NCBI GenBank assembly: GCA_013239625.1
Contig: MU053881.1
Location: 3,350,001-3,410,000 of the forward strand
Direction: 5' to 3'
From: Lama guanicoe
Lineage: Eukaryota
DNA length: 60,000 nucleotides
Shown: positions 23,756 to 36,420 of the stretch, piece by piece
Layout of the letters: each line of letters begins with the position of its first letter
Position numbering within the stretch: the first letter of the stretch is position 1
Made by a program: the position numbers and the translations under genes
Notes under the pieces: generated by a model
Databases searched by the model: none
Told to the model about the DNA's origin: nothing
Seen by the model: only the letters and a program-made list of their open reading frames with translations

Positions 23756-26700
23756 ATTCTTGGTTCTTTTTATCAGTGGTAATTAGCTTTCCTGGGTCTT
23801 TCTCTATGGCTCTTGATGTATTTAGTGACATACCACAGGAAAGAAGGAACCAGAATCGATTAGCCCCTCCACCCTGGGGCTTTTATTTCAGCATTGGGTT
23901 ATCCCATTTATTGTTACAGAAGTTCAGTTTCTGGGAGACTGAAGGAAATTTTTTCAATAAAAGAACCCCCTCAACACTACAAAGTTTTCCCTGGATGGAC
24001 GAACACTCAGCAGGGAGAACCAGTAGTACAAAGGATCTGACAAAAGCCCCAGCTTTGGTGTTTCTAGCTCTGACCCCACTGGCCCCCTTTAATGGTGCGG
24101 TCTCCACCCAGTGCAGACCTTGACCCTCTGCCCACTGAGCTTGCAGAGATAGTTCAGGCACAGCGATAAACACCCAGGAAAATAAGCCTGGGGAATCCAG
24201 GCAGTATAATCACAGGGGCAGCCCCCTAGCCCCCACCCCTCCTCAGTCTGGAGATCCTTATTTCCCTTAAGGTAACTGATGGCAGGAATGAGAAATGGTC
24301 TCTCCTTTGGGGAGACAAGTTGGTTCTGCATGGAGAACTGCTGTATTTTCAGTCTAGTGGACTCTCTGCATGATCAAGGCTTTGCACACTCAGAACACTC
24401 ATTCTTTGGATAAGTGTACATTGTGTAAGGGGGGCTTTTGTTTATAGAGGATGGGCTGGAGGCAGGATTTCCACCAAACCTGTTCTCTACTCCCTTCTCA
24501 CCGTCCCATGACAGTGTAGGGATAGAGAGAAGCAAGTATCCCCCCACGTGGAAGCTCTGGGGTCCTCTCCAGTTTGGAGCTGGGAGAGATGAATGACGAT
24601 AAGGCTACGGAGTTTTCACTGCTCCATGGCCTCATTATTTTAACACTATCACTTATCAGTCCTGAACTTCTGGGAGCCTAGAAGGGACAAATACTTGTTC
24701 AGTAAATAAATTCCTCAGATTCCCATAGTTAAAAAAATTTCCAAAGTTAAAATAATTATAGGTCCCTCTCTGGGTCTCAGTTTCTCCATTTGTAAATTGC
24801 GCTGGTTGACCTAGATGAGCTCTGAGCTGCTTTTAATCTCTGGTCAGATTCTGGGAGTTTTCTACTTCCCCAGCTCCTAACAGTCTCTGCAGACAGGTGG
24901 AAATTAACCAGGAAATGGTCTGCTCCAAGGTCGTGGGAACCTTGGGCTGTTGCTCTTGACGGCTCTTGGCGTGGTCCCAGCCCGGGCACCTGGGACCTGC
25001 TAATGAGGCTGCAAGAGACAGAAACACATGCGTCACCAGGATGAGAGGTAACAACTGATTGATTAAATTGATTATGTTTCCAGTCTGGGAGACTAGGGTG
25101 GTGAGCAGAGTTAAAATTTTGCCAAGGGCTTTTTGAAAAAAGAAGAAGTACACTAATGTGTTTTGAGCTCCCTTTCTGTACTGGGAACTGTATGTACATT
25201 ATGTGTTCCTTGGTTGCACTTCTAGGTTGGGTTACTGCCTTCCTCTTCCTGCCAAGCAACTGGAGACTCAGAGAGGTTAAATGTGTTGCCCAGGGTCCCA
25301 GATGGAGTTCATAGTGTGAGCCAGCCTCCTTTTTCCCATCTGTAAACTTCATCAAATTCCAAGAATTAAATGAGCAAGTACCACGTAAAGCAAGAAAGAC
25401 AGTGTCTTCCCCACAGTAAGTGTTAATAAATATGAGTCTCCTGGACTGCTAGTGATTCCTGATGCCGGAGGTTTACTCCCGGGGGAGGCCAAAGCTCCTC
25501 CACCTGCCAGCAGACTCACCAAACTTGCATGAATCTGCACTGCAAGATTACCTGTTTTCAAAGGAACTTGGTGCCTCCATCCAAGCAAGCTCACAAGAGT
25601 CATTCTAACTGAACCTCATGAGGCTTGAACTTTGGTGTTTAGGTAAATTCAGAGAATGCATTTAGGCAAATGCAGAGAATTTTGTCTTTGGAGGATACTG
25701 ACCTGTTTTTGTCTAACGCCAAATCACATGGGGCAGAGGGCAAAGTTAAGCTCACATACATATGCATGGACACTAGTGTGTCCTCTGGGAAATGTGGACT
25801 TTTCTGCTTTTACAGTAACAGCCTCTGCTAATGACCTGATATCGTTTTTGCATCTGCTAATGCATTTTATAGATGCACACACAGGTGCATGCATTAAAAA
25901 ATGTTTTAAAGGTCCTCTCAAAAGGCTTCATGATGATTATCTTAGGATGGTGGGCTGTGACTGGCTTTTTCTTTTTGTATTCATCTGTGTTATCTAATTT
26001 TTATTCAATAAAAACATACTGCTTAATAATGTAAAGTAGAATGTACTGTAACAGCTGTTCTATGCCAATCCTTTGATGTATGCTTGTGTACTGGACATTA
26101 TACAGGTGCTTTTTCTGTATGTTAGCTCTCGAAGTCTCATAATTGTCCTGCAAGGAAGTGGTTAATTTCCATGCATTTAAGGAGGAAACCAAGACTTAGA
26201 AAAGCTAGAGAATAAAGGTCACTTGTTACCTCTCCCAAAAACTGCCGCCGGATCTTTTCCAAATTGGGCATCCTTCGATGGTTCCTTCTAGATCTTTCAT
26301 CAGAGGCCCAGCTGCTAAACTCAGGTCCTCTCCTTTTCTTGCTAGGCAGCCAGTGCTGGGGAAAACCTGCCCCTCTCCCTTGGGCCCCTGGGAAGAGGTT
26401 TTTGCAGGATTAGGAACTCAGTCATTCTGTGCTCAGCTCTGAGCAACAGAGCTAAGGCTTGCTGGGCTCACAGGCCATGGCTTGGCTGAAGCTGTCTCAG
26501 CAGAAGTAGCTGAGGTGTGAAGAGCCTGTGGGCCCAGAGGCTGAATTTCCAAGTAGGCTGCCTGAGGATGGGCATGTGGGAGGGCCAGGCAGGGAGAACC
26601 TAGAGCTGGTCTGTCCTTGTCCCATGAAACTCTGGGTGTGGAAACTGAGGTCGAAGGTGATGAGAGTTGGCACTTTTGTTTGGGCTCCCACATTTGGTAT

Positions 26701-26769
26701 CAAATAATTTTTAAAAGGCTGTATCAGCAGATATTACACCCTGATTTGACTTAGTAGGGAAGAAACATT

Positions 26770-27355
26770 CTCCAAACACCAGCAAACATGGTCTTTTTAA
26801 AGCATGAATTTGATTTTACCACTTCCCTGCCTAGGTCATTACCACCACTTCTCATCACTTGTAGAATAAAACCCAAACTCTCAACCATGGCCTTGATGGC
26901 CTCGGTTGCTGTGGTCCTGGCCATCCTTTCTGACCTCATCGTGTGACTTCTTCATCTTACTGAAAGCCTCGAGGCCACATTGCTTTCTTTCTCTAACAGG
27001 GAAGCCTCATTTTGGCTTCAGAGCTGTTGCCCTTTCTGTTTCATCTTATGGAAATATCTTGCCCCAAAAAGACCAGCTTGTTCCCTTCCCTAGACCTTTA
27101 CACACACTGTTTCTCTTCAGCGGGTGTACCCCTCTCTCTAATCTTTGTATGGCCAGCTCCTTAAGCCCAGATTCAATGTTAGCTTCTCAGATTGCCTTTC
27201 GTTAGCCAGCCAAGCTTACATAGCGCATCTTCTTTGATTCCTCTTGAAAAACATGTATTTATATATTTAGATGTTTACTTTTAAAATCGTTCTTCCCCTG
27301 CAGAACATCGCCTAGCACACAATCTGGTTGAAGAAAATGTTTTAAATGAATTGTC
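26770..27355 (+). mobile_element. L2 fragments
   Basis: tagaataaaacccaaactctcaaccatggcc...gcctagcacac...aaatgttttaaatgaat. Confidence 0.65.
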
Positions 27356-27555
27356 CACTGTGGTTGAAATTCAAGTTTTCATGATTTTTTTCAAAAACCG
27401 TCAAGAAATGGCTTCCAGCTACTTGTTACTGAAGTTAGCAGAGAACTGCAGAGGTTAGTTCTGGCTGCCTTAACTTGCTTTGGTGACCAAATATTCCTCA
27501 AAAGACTTGGGAGCCAGCGGAGGTCAGTTTTGGCAGCACAGGATCATCGCGCCGG

Positions 27556-27576
27556 GGAGCTGTCCTTGGTGCTGAG
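27556..27576 (-). promoter_or_regulatory. REST/NRSF binding site (RE1/NRSE)
   Basis: Minus strand CTCAGCACCAAGGACAGCTCC versus consensus TTCAGCACCACGGACAGCGCC, with both half-sites intact and canonical spacing. Lies in unique, CpG-retaining DNA. Confidence 0.8.
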
Positions 27577-28239
27577 ATGACGCGTTAGCGAGGACGAGAT
27601 GGAAGACGCTGCAGAGGGGAGTGTGCTTAATACAGGTGAATGCTGACTGCCTGGAGCTCTGTGAGTTTCTGAAGAAGTTTGGATCAAGGCTGGAAGGGAA
27701 GTGATTGGCAGCAGGAGGGGACTCCAGGGAGGCAGCACCTCCTGGTTGAAAATTCCTCTTCCTTACACTCTGATCCTTCTGCTGAAGGGCTCGTGTTTTA
27801 TTTTCATGATGGATATTTAAACATTCAAGATGATCCCTGAAGGGGAAGAAAACACTTCAAGGTCTTGACATTTGTTCCACCCTCCACACTCAGGTATTTA
27901 CAGATGAGACAGTTAGGATATTTTACTTTAAAGACATCAATATGCTAAGTAAGTAAGCTCTCCTGGAAGCACCTTAAAATATCTTATATGGTTCTTAATA
28001 TTTACTCGTTTATTCAACACACATTTCCTGAGCAGCTGATTTGTGCCAGACCCTGCTCTGGATACTCATCTTATGGCTGTAATCTCTTATAATTTATACA
28101 AAACTCTTGAAACAATTATTTATTCCCATTTGGTGCATAAGGAATCTGAAGCTTAAAAGGTAGCTTGTCTAGGATCTCATAGACAGTAACAGAGACAGGA
28201 AGGTTCTTACTCCAAATCCCAGGGTCTTTACTTTCCTTT

Positions 28240-28625
28240 TAGAATTCACTTAAAAATATTCATCATGCATATAAAAGTATAAATAATAATATACTATCCA
28301 CTTCTAAGAAACAAAATATTACAATAAAGATGTAGCCTTTTGGAGATAACAGGACACATTCCCTCTCCATTGCATGCTCCATTTAGCTTCTCCAGGAAAC
28401 AATTATTATACATTTTGCATTTATTTTTCTCATGCTTTTTTTTTTACTCCCACCACATATGCACATATTTATGAAATATACACAATATTCTTGCATGTTT
28501 AAAAACTTTAATATAATGTTATTTGTCCTGTATGTATTATTCTGTAACATCTTTCCATTAATATGATTTTGAAATTCTCCCAAGTAGCTCATTTATAAGT
28601 GAAAACAAGTTTATCTATTTTCCCC
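28240..28625 (-). mobile_element. Old L1ME 3' fragment, flanked by MIR (~28000-28230) and L2 (~28640-28950)
   Basis: AT-rich ttcttgcatgtttaaaaactttaatataatg...ctgtatgtattattctgtaac. Confidence 0.55.
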
Positions 28626-29429
28626 AAGATCGTGCCGTAAGACCTCACATTTGAAGGCACTCATTTTCGTGGGGACATAGGAAGATAACTCGTAGAAGTG
28701 TGAGATAAATGGTAGTAAGGCATAAAGAATCAGAATGCCTCGAGATTACTGAAAGCAACCAACCCAGATGGAGGGCTTCACAGAGGAGGTGCCACTTAAG
28801 ACAACCCAGAAGGCAGGGGCAGCCTGTGTAAAGGTATGGCCATGTAAGAGAGAACATAATTCAGTGCTGCTAAAAGAAGGAAAGCAATGGCAGGAGATGA
28901 GGCTGGAGGGACAACTGAGGGCTTGATAACAAAGACGTTGTGCTGTCTTTTCCTTGATATAGTGTTCGATTACAAAGGCTAGTCACGGTCATTCTGAAAG
29001 ATGGGAAGATTAAAGCTTAGAAAGTTAAGTTACTGCCCCAAAGTCACACAGCTGGAAAGTGGCAGAAGTGGGAATTGAACTCAAGCCCTTCTGATGCTTC
29101 CTTTTGTGTCATAGATATGAAAGTTACACTGGCAGGTAGGAAAAGTAGGGAAACGGTTTTAGGGAAGCTGGATGAGGAGAGTATGGTGAAAGTTGATACC
29201 ACTTACATCCATGAAAAATACCAGTCAGGCTATCTGATTTCAACTTATAAAACAAATATTAAATATTAATACCTAGGTATGTATAATATTTTAAGTGCTG
29301 ATAATTTTCAAACATTTCAGAAGCATGGTGGTCTAATCCAAGTGTGTCTGTGGCTTACCACTGGCCCATGGTCACGTTTTGTGACTTGAAGACAAAATCC
29401 AGTAATGCCCATGGGATGAGTCTGTTAGA

Positions 29430-29449
29430 GATCGATCGATTGATCGATC

Positions 29450-29493
<44 letters not shown>
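29430..29493. repeat. Compound (GATC)n/(GATA)11 microsatellite
   Basis: gatcgatcgattgatcgatc followed by 11 GATA units. Confidence 0.95.
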
Positions 29494-29495
<2 letters not shown>

Positions 29496-29770
29496 ATCAG
29501 ATAGTGATGCCTTATTTTATGGCTGAGAAGCTGAGGCCCAGAGATAAGAAGTTGCACACAACTAAGATAGGAGGAGTTGGGACATAATGTGTCCTTTTTA
29601 CATCCTTTCACCTCAGTGCCTCTCCATGCTGAAGGCTGTGGTCATACAGGAGATGTCTGTCATTCTTCTTTTTCACCTAACATCTGAACCTTCTTCCTCT
29701 GAAGACTCTCACATCCTGGGACAGAGTCCACTTTTCACTATATATGTATGTCTGTATGTGCGTATATACT

Positions 29771-29825
<55 letters not shown>

Positions 29826-29834
29826 ATATATATA
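29771..29834. repeat. Compound (TG)n(TA)n microsatellite
   Basis: 64 bp of uninterrupted alternating purine-pyrimidine sequence. Confidence 0.95.
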
Positions 29835-31214
29835 GTGCCAGAGTTTCTTTTTCTTACCTCTACATGGTCCTGGATTTCTCCTTCAAATGGACCATACCCC
29901 AGACTTTGAATGACAAGCTAGAGCCACCAAACGGGCAAGATTATGCCAAATTTTTTTTTGGTAATGGGTTGCAGCTTCATCCAAGTTTCAGTTCTATTGT
30001 CATGGCCCATAATATTGGCAGTGTAAGCTGCGGTCTGTCCCTAGTAGTGGCAGCTATGAATTGGTGTATTTACTGGGTCAACAATATACAGTGACTTGGA
30101 GAAACTGTCCTTGGCTGCATAGCATCTGTACCCAGTTCTCTAGCTATATTTGCAATGCAGGAATTATCCAATATCCCTACACAGAATTTTTTTTTTGCTT
30201 AATTTAGAGTCAGCATCTTATACAGATGCCTGATCCTGGGACCTTAGAAAACATATAAGAGATCACTAAGAGGTTTTCATGGTGATTTTCTTCTTTCCAC
30301 ACTTGACTTGCCAGAGTTCCATTTAAAATTACTGGCAACAGTGTTCTGATTGCCCATGATAATATATTCTGCCTACTTACAACTCCATCTGTGGAGAGAA
30401 AAAAAAATCCTCCTGAATTTCTTCAATGAGGGCCTTTGCATAATTTTGCTTTGCCCTCTTGTTCCTATGATTGCTTGCTCCTCTAAATAGCCATGGAGCA
30501 CTGACTGTCTTTCTTTCCAAATCACAGAGGCTGAAGTCTCTTCTTTGAAGTCTCCTAATTTTCTGAGACTGTGAATGGTGGCATGGGTTCAGTCTGCTCT
30601 TTCATTAGGTATTTGTGTCCTCTTTGTTTTCCGAAATCTTTGTTTGGGAACACTGTATCAGTCAAGACAGACTAGATTATATCATGGTAACAAGCAATCC
30701 TGAAATCTCAGTGTCCTCTAAGAACAAAGGTTTATTACTATCTATCCTGAGTCAGCCAGGTTGTATTGTAAGTCTTTACTCTGAGACCCAGTTGGCAGAA
30801 AAACCCCTGTCTGGAACACTGTACAGGAGAAAAAAAAAGAGATATGGCAGATCATGAGCTGACCCTAAAAACTTTCCCCAGGAAGTGGCTCATTCCCCCA
30901 CCCTGCATTATCAGGGACCTAATGGTTTATTTCTAAGTTTACTTCTAATTTCAATGGAATGGGGATATATTACCCTCCCACAAGAAAAGGAAACACAGAG
31001 TGAGGAATTTCATTCTTCTAGTCACTATGTACACCATTCCTTTACCCTAATTCAAGCAGAAACATTCAACTCTTCCCTAAGGGAGACAACTCAAAAGTAC
31101 CCCCACCCCGACCCAGTCACTGCTTCAAACTCAAAGTTCAGGATCTCTGTAGGATGTGTGGCAATTTCTGCATGGTGTCTACCAGATGTGTATCTCCTGG
31201 ATCCAGAGAGCAAT

Positions 31215-31645
31215 TGTCATTGTTGGGTTTCCTTAGAATGGAACACTTGACTTAGAGATTCAAGTGCAAATGATTTTTCTGGGAAGCAAAGGAAACAGTA
31301 ATAGAAGATTGAGAAAATGAGACAAGGAACAGAAGGTAGCCAATTAAAGCCATGGGCAGCTGAAGTTAAATCCCGTTGGAGAAGTTGTGGGAGCCAGTGA
31401 AGGCACACGCCCAGTATGACTCCACTTGAAAGACGTGGAACCTTGGATACGTATACACTGACTATCATTAATTACTTTTTGAGTGCTGTTCCCAGGTGGA
31501 ATTGATTCCTTAGCACTCCTGGATTGCCATTTGGGCAGAGAAAGCCCTCAGGTAAAACAATTCAGATGATACAGTTCAAGTTCAGTGGGTGTGTACTGAA
31601 GAGTTAAGAATGAGAGGTAGGGATGGGACACCAACAGCATCACAC
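31215..31645 (-). mobile_element. ERVL LTR16-like LTR nested in the MaLR internal region
   Basis: ttgggtttccttagaa...gagattcaagtgcaaatgatttttctgggaag. Confidence 0.6.
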
Positions 31646-32231
31646 ATCCATGAACCAAAAATAGACGTCATTTGTTTATTCCTACACAAAATCCAGTGGT
31701 GGAGAGATAGGATAATCTCAATAATATTCTTATTTGGAAAGGTAGGCATCCATAACTATGCTATAATTCTGTATGACAGACATTACAAGAGTTCTAGCTG
31801 AGGATGGCACAGTCTCGGTCTATTGTTCACCTTCACCTCCTGGGATATCCTTTCTTTTCCTTTATCTTTTTTAGATGCAACAGAAGAGGACTTTGAAGAT
31901 TATATCCTAATGGGAAACAGAGTAACTTCCTCACTTGCTCCCTCCTATAGAAGGTTGAGGACCCACAGGTCATTTTAAGGGTTGCACTGTCCCAATCTTT
32001 TTTTTTCTCCCCAAGAATGATGGTTCTTTTGACTTAAAACTCTCTCAAAAACTTAGCTGGTATCTTTCAGTCAACATGTGCCAGTGGCACCCACAATTCC
32101 TTTTGAGACATGACTTTCTCTGAATATTTAATTGTGGGTATCTTGAATTTCTTGGTTTTCTGAGAAAGAGCCACACCCTTAGGATCTTTCCCCTAAGCTT
32201 TTTGGTCCAACTGAAAAGATGTGTTAGATAC

Positions 32232-32985
32232 TGCATGAGTTTTCTATTGCTGGCTAACAAATTACCAGACTCTTACTAGGTTAAAACAACACACATAATT
32301 ATCTCATAATTCTATAGGTCAGAAGTCTCAGCATGGTGTGGCTGAGTTTTTTGCCTAGGATCAAGGTTTCAGCAGGGCTATGTACGTTTCTGAAGCTTGG
32401 GGTTCTCTTCCAAGTTCGTGTGGTTTCTGAAAGTATCTATTTCCACATAGTTGTAAGAGTAAGATTCCCTTTTTCTTTCTTTCTTTTAAAAATTTTTTGA
32501 TGGGGGAAAGTAATCAGGTTTGTTCATTTGTTTGATGGCAGTAGTAGGGGTAGAACCCAGGACCTCGTGCATGGGAGGCATGCACCACTGAGATGTACCC
32601 TCCCCCACTGAATTAGACTCTGCCCCCTGTGCTACACCCTCCCCCCTGAGCTATACCTTACCCACCCCTTTTTCTTGCTGGGGTTAGTTTCAACTCCTAG
32701 AGGCTGTCCTCAGATCCTCATGTGGAAGCTTGCTTCTTCAAAGCCAGAAACAGAATTTCTCTTTTTCTTCAAGTCTCTCAAACCTCTTTTAAGGGCTCAC
32801 TTGTTTATCAGGCTCACCCAGGGAAACCTCCTTTTTGATAAACTCAGAGTCTTCAGATTAGTAACCTTAATTACATTTGTAAAATCTCTTTGCCATATAG
32901 ATTAAGACACGGGAGTGATACCCCATTATATTTATAGTTTCTGCTCACACTCAAGGTGGGTACAATATGTGTACACACATGGCAA
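32232..32985 (-). mobile_element. MLT1E/F-like LTR, host of the vic-1 SINE
   Basis: ttttctattgctggctaacaaattacc...ttctataggtcagaagtc...ccttaattacatttgtaaaatctctttgccat. Confidence 0.75.
32478..32665 (-). mobile_element. vic-1-type tRNA SINE with tandemly repeated 5' head
   Basis: Reverse-strand B-box region gaacccaggacctcgtgcatg, T-rich tail, and TSD ccctttttctt at 32467-32477 and 32666-32676. Confidence 0.85.
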
Positions 32986-34479
32986 CTTAATAAAAAGGCA
33001 CAGACTCCAACTTAATTCAGAGGGCTTAATGCGATGTGTGATGGGGACATTCTTGAATCGGCCCTTCCTAAGAGGCTAAGTTTTAATCAGCCTTAGCCAT
33101 CCAAAGACCTCAGTTTTTTCCTTTCCTGTTTGGGCTTAAGAAGGAGCAGCTCTTCAAAACACATAAGGTCTTGAGTTTCTGGATTCCCTATCATGTTTTA
33201 GTCTTGACAAGAAATTGGCCAATTCTTTTTAGTCTTATCTCTTTCTTGTATTATTTCGTCACATGCTACAAAGAGAAATCAAGGCACACTGCTAAAGTTC
33301 TGTCTTAGAGTAAAGTTACAAGTCCATGAGGGGATTATATGTTTTCTAAATTATGGCAGGTGAGAGTTTAACCAAATGTTTCACCAATGCATTACGTGGA
33401 CTGCCATCCTTCCAGGTTTCAAATGCTGTGTATTTCAGAGTTTGCTGAAGAAGCCTCACTTTTGGAACTAATTTCTTTATTAGGAGAACAGGCTGAGTAT
33501 GACAAACATCTGTGGTTTGCCACAAGAAAGTTTTATTACCTGCTCTTGCAATATATTTATCCCAGGTCAGCCACATCTCCACTCTGATATCCAGGTGACA
33601 GAACAGCTGCTATAAGGGACAGATCCAATTTTGTGGTAGAGGGGAAAAGAGGCACACATAATTCTGCTAGTCTCTTAAAACCTCTGCCTGAAGTGAGAAA
33701 CACCACTTCTGGCCCCATGTCATTGTCAAAAGCAAGTTAAATGGTTCAGCAGGATGGAGATATGTGTATGGATGTGTAATCCTTCTGCAAAGATGGGAGG
33801 GAAATCAGAATATTGGCCAAACAGTAATAACACAATCTAATATTCCCATTGCTTTATGAAAAAGAATTTCTCTTTCTCTTCAGGACTGGAGTTCCAGCCT
33901 TCTATGTGTTGTCTCTCCCTCCAGTGTCTCTGTTGTGGAATATACTTTTGGAATTTGGGGAGCAAGACTGAGATCCCTCTTAAAAAAGGTGGTAGACCCT
34001 TCTGTTTGACTAGCATTCTTTAACATTTTTTTCCCCCAGGGAGGATTTGGGCACTATGAACCCCCCTAACTTCTTCTATTAACCACATAACAAGACACTC
34101 TCAGTGATGACCCTCACTCCTATTGCTTTACAGCATTTATCTTTGTTTCTCTTTGGTTTACATGTAGGACTAAATGTAATTTTTTAATTCATTTGACCTA
34201 TTGTTTTTGGATACGAGGGAGAATCGGGCTGACCAATGTCAGAGATCTCGACTGGTTTTGCAGCATCTGCAGCCTAATTGGCAGTTCTGTTGATCAACTT
34301 TTCAAGGACCGGCAGAGCAATATTAGGGCTCTCACTGCTTTCTGGACTCTTATGATGATGGAATACATATTAGCCAAGGTCCATTCAGGAAAAGAGAAGC
34401 CAGGCTAGTGTGTTATGCACTCTTAGAATGAGAAACACAGCTACCTGTGGAAGGGGGAAACACAGATGCCTGGTGGTGG

Positions 34480-35230
34480 ACAGGAAAATCTCTGCCAACA
34501 CTGTGATGTTTGCACTGAGCCTCAAAGGATGAGAAGGGGTTTCCCTAATGGAAAAGGTAAGAGCTAGGGAGGTGAGACTGGGAATCCCAAGCAGAGAACT
34601 ATAGATATGAAGGTTTAAGAGCAGTTTGCTATGGGGGTTAATAGTTTAGGCTTTGGAGTTAGACTGGCTTGTGTCTGAACATCAGATCTGATACTTAGTA
34701 GCTGGTGGCAATAAAGGTTCAACCTTAAAGTGGCGTTGTGAAAATTAGAGGAAATAATGCATATTACTTCTACTCGGGACATCAAAATAGATAACCATAA
34801 TTGCTTTAAATAAAAGCATACAAATATGCTAGGGTAGGGTATCACTAGGATAAAGGAGCAGACTTGTGTGTGGGCAGAATAAATGTAAGGCATGATATCT
34901 GGGGAGGCAGTGATAGACGATGAGGCTAAATGTGTAAGCTGTAAAGTCTCAAGCGTCTTTTGAGAAAAAGGTTCTGGGTTTTACATACCAGCAAAAAAAG
35001 AACGATGGAAATAACTAGTAAGAGGTATAGCATTGTCAGAATTGGGCATAAAAAGGTCACTGTGTAGCAGTACGAATGGTAAACTGGAAGGGGGGGGGAA
35101 CCGGTTAGGACGAGTATCAAGGTCCAGGTGAGGGATGAAGTGGCTTGATCTGGGGCAGGGTCGTAGCCAAAGGGATGCTGACACACTAGAGATTCAGAGC
35201 AATTTGTGGTGGAGTCAAAGACTGGTTGGA
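34480..35230 (-). mobile_element. L2 fragments with a nested MIR (~34630-34800)
   Basis: gagcctcaaaggatgagaagg...gtccaggtgagggatgaagtggcttg; MIR ggctttggagttagactgg. Confidence 0.6.
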
Positions 35231-35473
35231 AGAACACCCATCTCTATCCTGCTAAGGGGCCCAGAGGCCTTTGAGGGCCCTCAGTCTCTACTGATTAGGG
35301 GTATAGATGGCCTCAGGAATTAGATATTCTTATCCCCATTCTTCAGAAGTAAACACTGAGGCTTGGAAGAATGACTCCTCACTCAGATTAGTCAAGGTGG
35401 ACTCTGACTGTCATAATAGACACACTCCAAGCATCAGTGGCTTACCACACTTGTGCTCACTAATTATTATTAT

Positions 35474-35850
35474 TGTGATGATCAGTTTTACGCGTCAGCT
35501 GGGCTAGGCTACAGTGCCTGGTTACTGAATCAAGTATTGCTGTGAAGGTATCTTGTAGATGTAATTAACATTCATAATCCGTTAACTTTAAGCAAGGGAG
35601 ATTACCCTAGATATTCTGGGTGAGCCTGATTTGATCAACTGAGAGGCCTTGAAAGCAAAGCTAAGACTTCCGTGAAGGAGAAGAAATTCCACCTGTGGAC
35701 TGAAGGCTTCAGCTTGTGCAAAACGTTCCATCCTGCCTTTCCTGATTCCCTGCTCTCAGGATTCCAGACTTGTACAGCCAGGCCCCACAATCACGTAAGC
35801 CCATTTCTTGCAACACATATCTTAATATATATCTTGTTGCCTGCTGTTTT
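35474..35850 (+). mobile_element. ERVL MLT2 LTR
   Basis: tgtgatgatcagttttacgcgtcagctgggctaggctacagtgcc...gctgtgaaggtat...ccccacaatcacgtaagccc. Confidence 0.85.
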
Positions 35851-35877
35851 CAGCATGCAGTCAACATCCCTAGCTCT

Positions 35878-36420
35878 GTTTATTAGTTTTGTATGTTGTA
35901 TAGCAACTTAGCAGCTTTGAACCACACACATTTATGATCTTAGAGTTTAGGATCGTCAAAAATCCAAGTATGTCTTAACTGGGTCCTCTGCTCAGGATCT
36001 TGCAAGGCTGTAATCAAGGGGTAGATGGGGATGCATTCTTATCTGGATGCTCAGCTGGGGAAAAATCCATTTCCAAATTCCCTCAGGTTGTTGGCAACAT
36101 CAGTGTCCTTATGGCTAAGGACTGAGCTTCCTATGTTCTTATTGGCCAGGGGCTGTGGTCGGCTTCTAGAGGCCACTACCATTCCTTGAGTCTGCACGTG
36201 GATCACTTTTACAGCATGGCAGCCTACTTCTTCAAAGCCATTAAGGGAGAGTCTCTCTTACTCTAGTTTGCTAAGGTGAGGTCTGATATAATCACAGAGT
36301 GACAAGCCATCACCTTTGCCAAGGGGGGTTAGCAGCAAGCCAAGGTTCTTCTGTACTTGAGAGAAGGGGATATACAAGGCTGTCACTTCGTGAGGACGGA
36401 CAGAGTCCTCACCACACTCT
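35878..36420 (-). mobile_element. MLT1E/F-like LTR
   Basis: aacttagcagctt...gggtcctctgctcaggatcttgcaaggctg...ttcttcaaagcca. Confidence 0.75.

Larger units (their letters stand above)
30653..33830 (-). mobile_element. Degraded MaLR provirus (MLT1I/J-like LTR, internal region, partial second LTR) carrying nested insertions
   Basis: LTR end tgtatcagtcaagacagactagattat...aaatctcagtg at 30653. MLT-int-like end cctcacttttggaactaatttct at ~33455-33476. A second LTR-like part at ~33580-33830 parallels 30780-31020. Confidence 0.65.

Noticed and set aside
27599..27640. ATG GAA GAC...ACAG/GTGAAT as a first coding exon
   Set aside because: No promoter-scale CpG island, a weak donor and no recognisable peptide. 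The CpG patch is better explained by the adjacent RE1 site.
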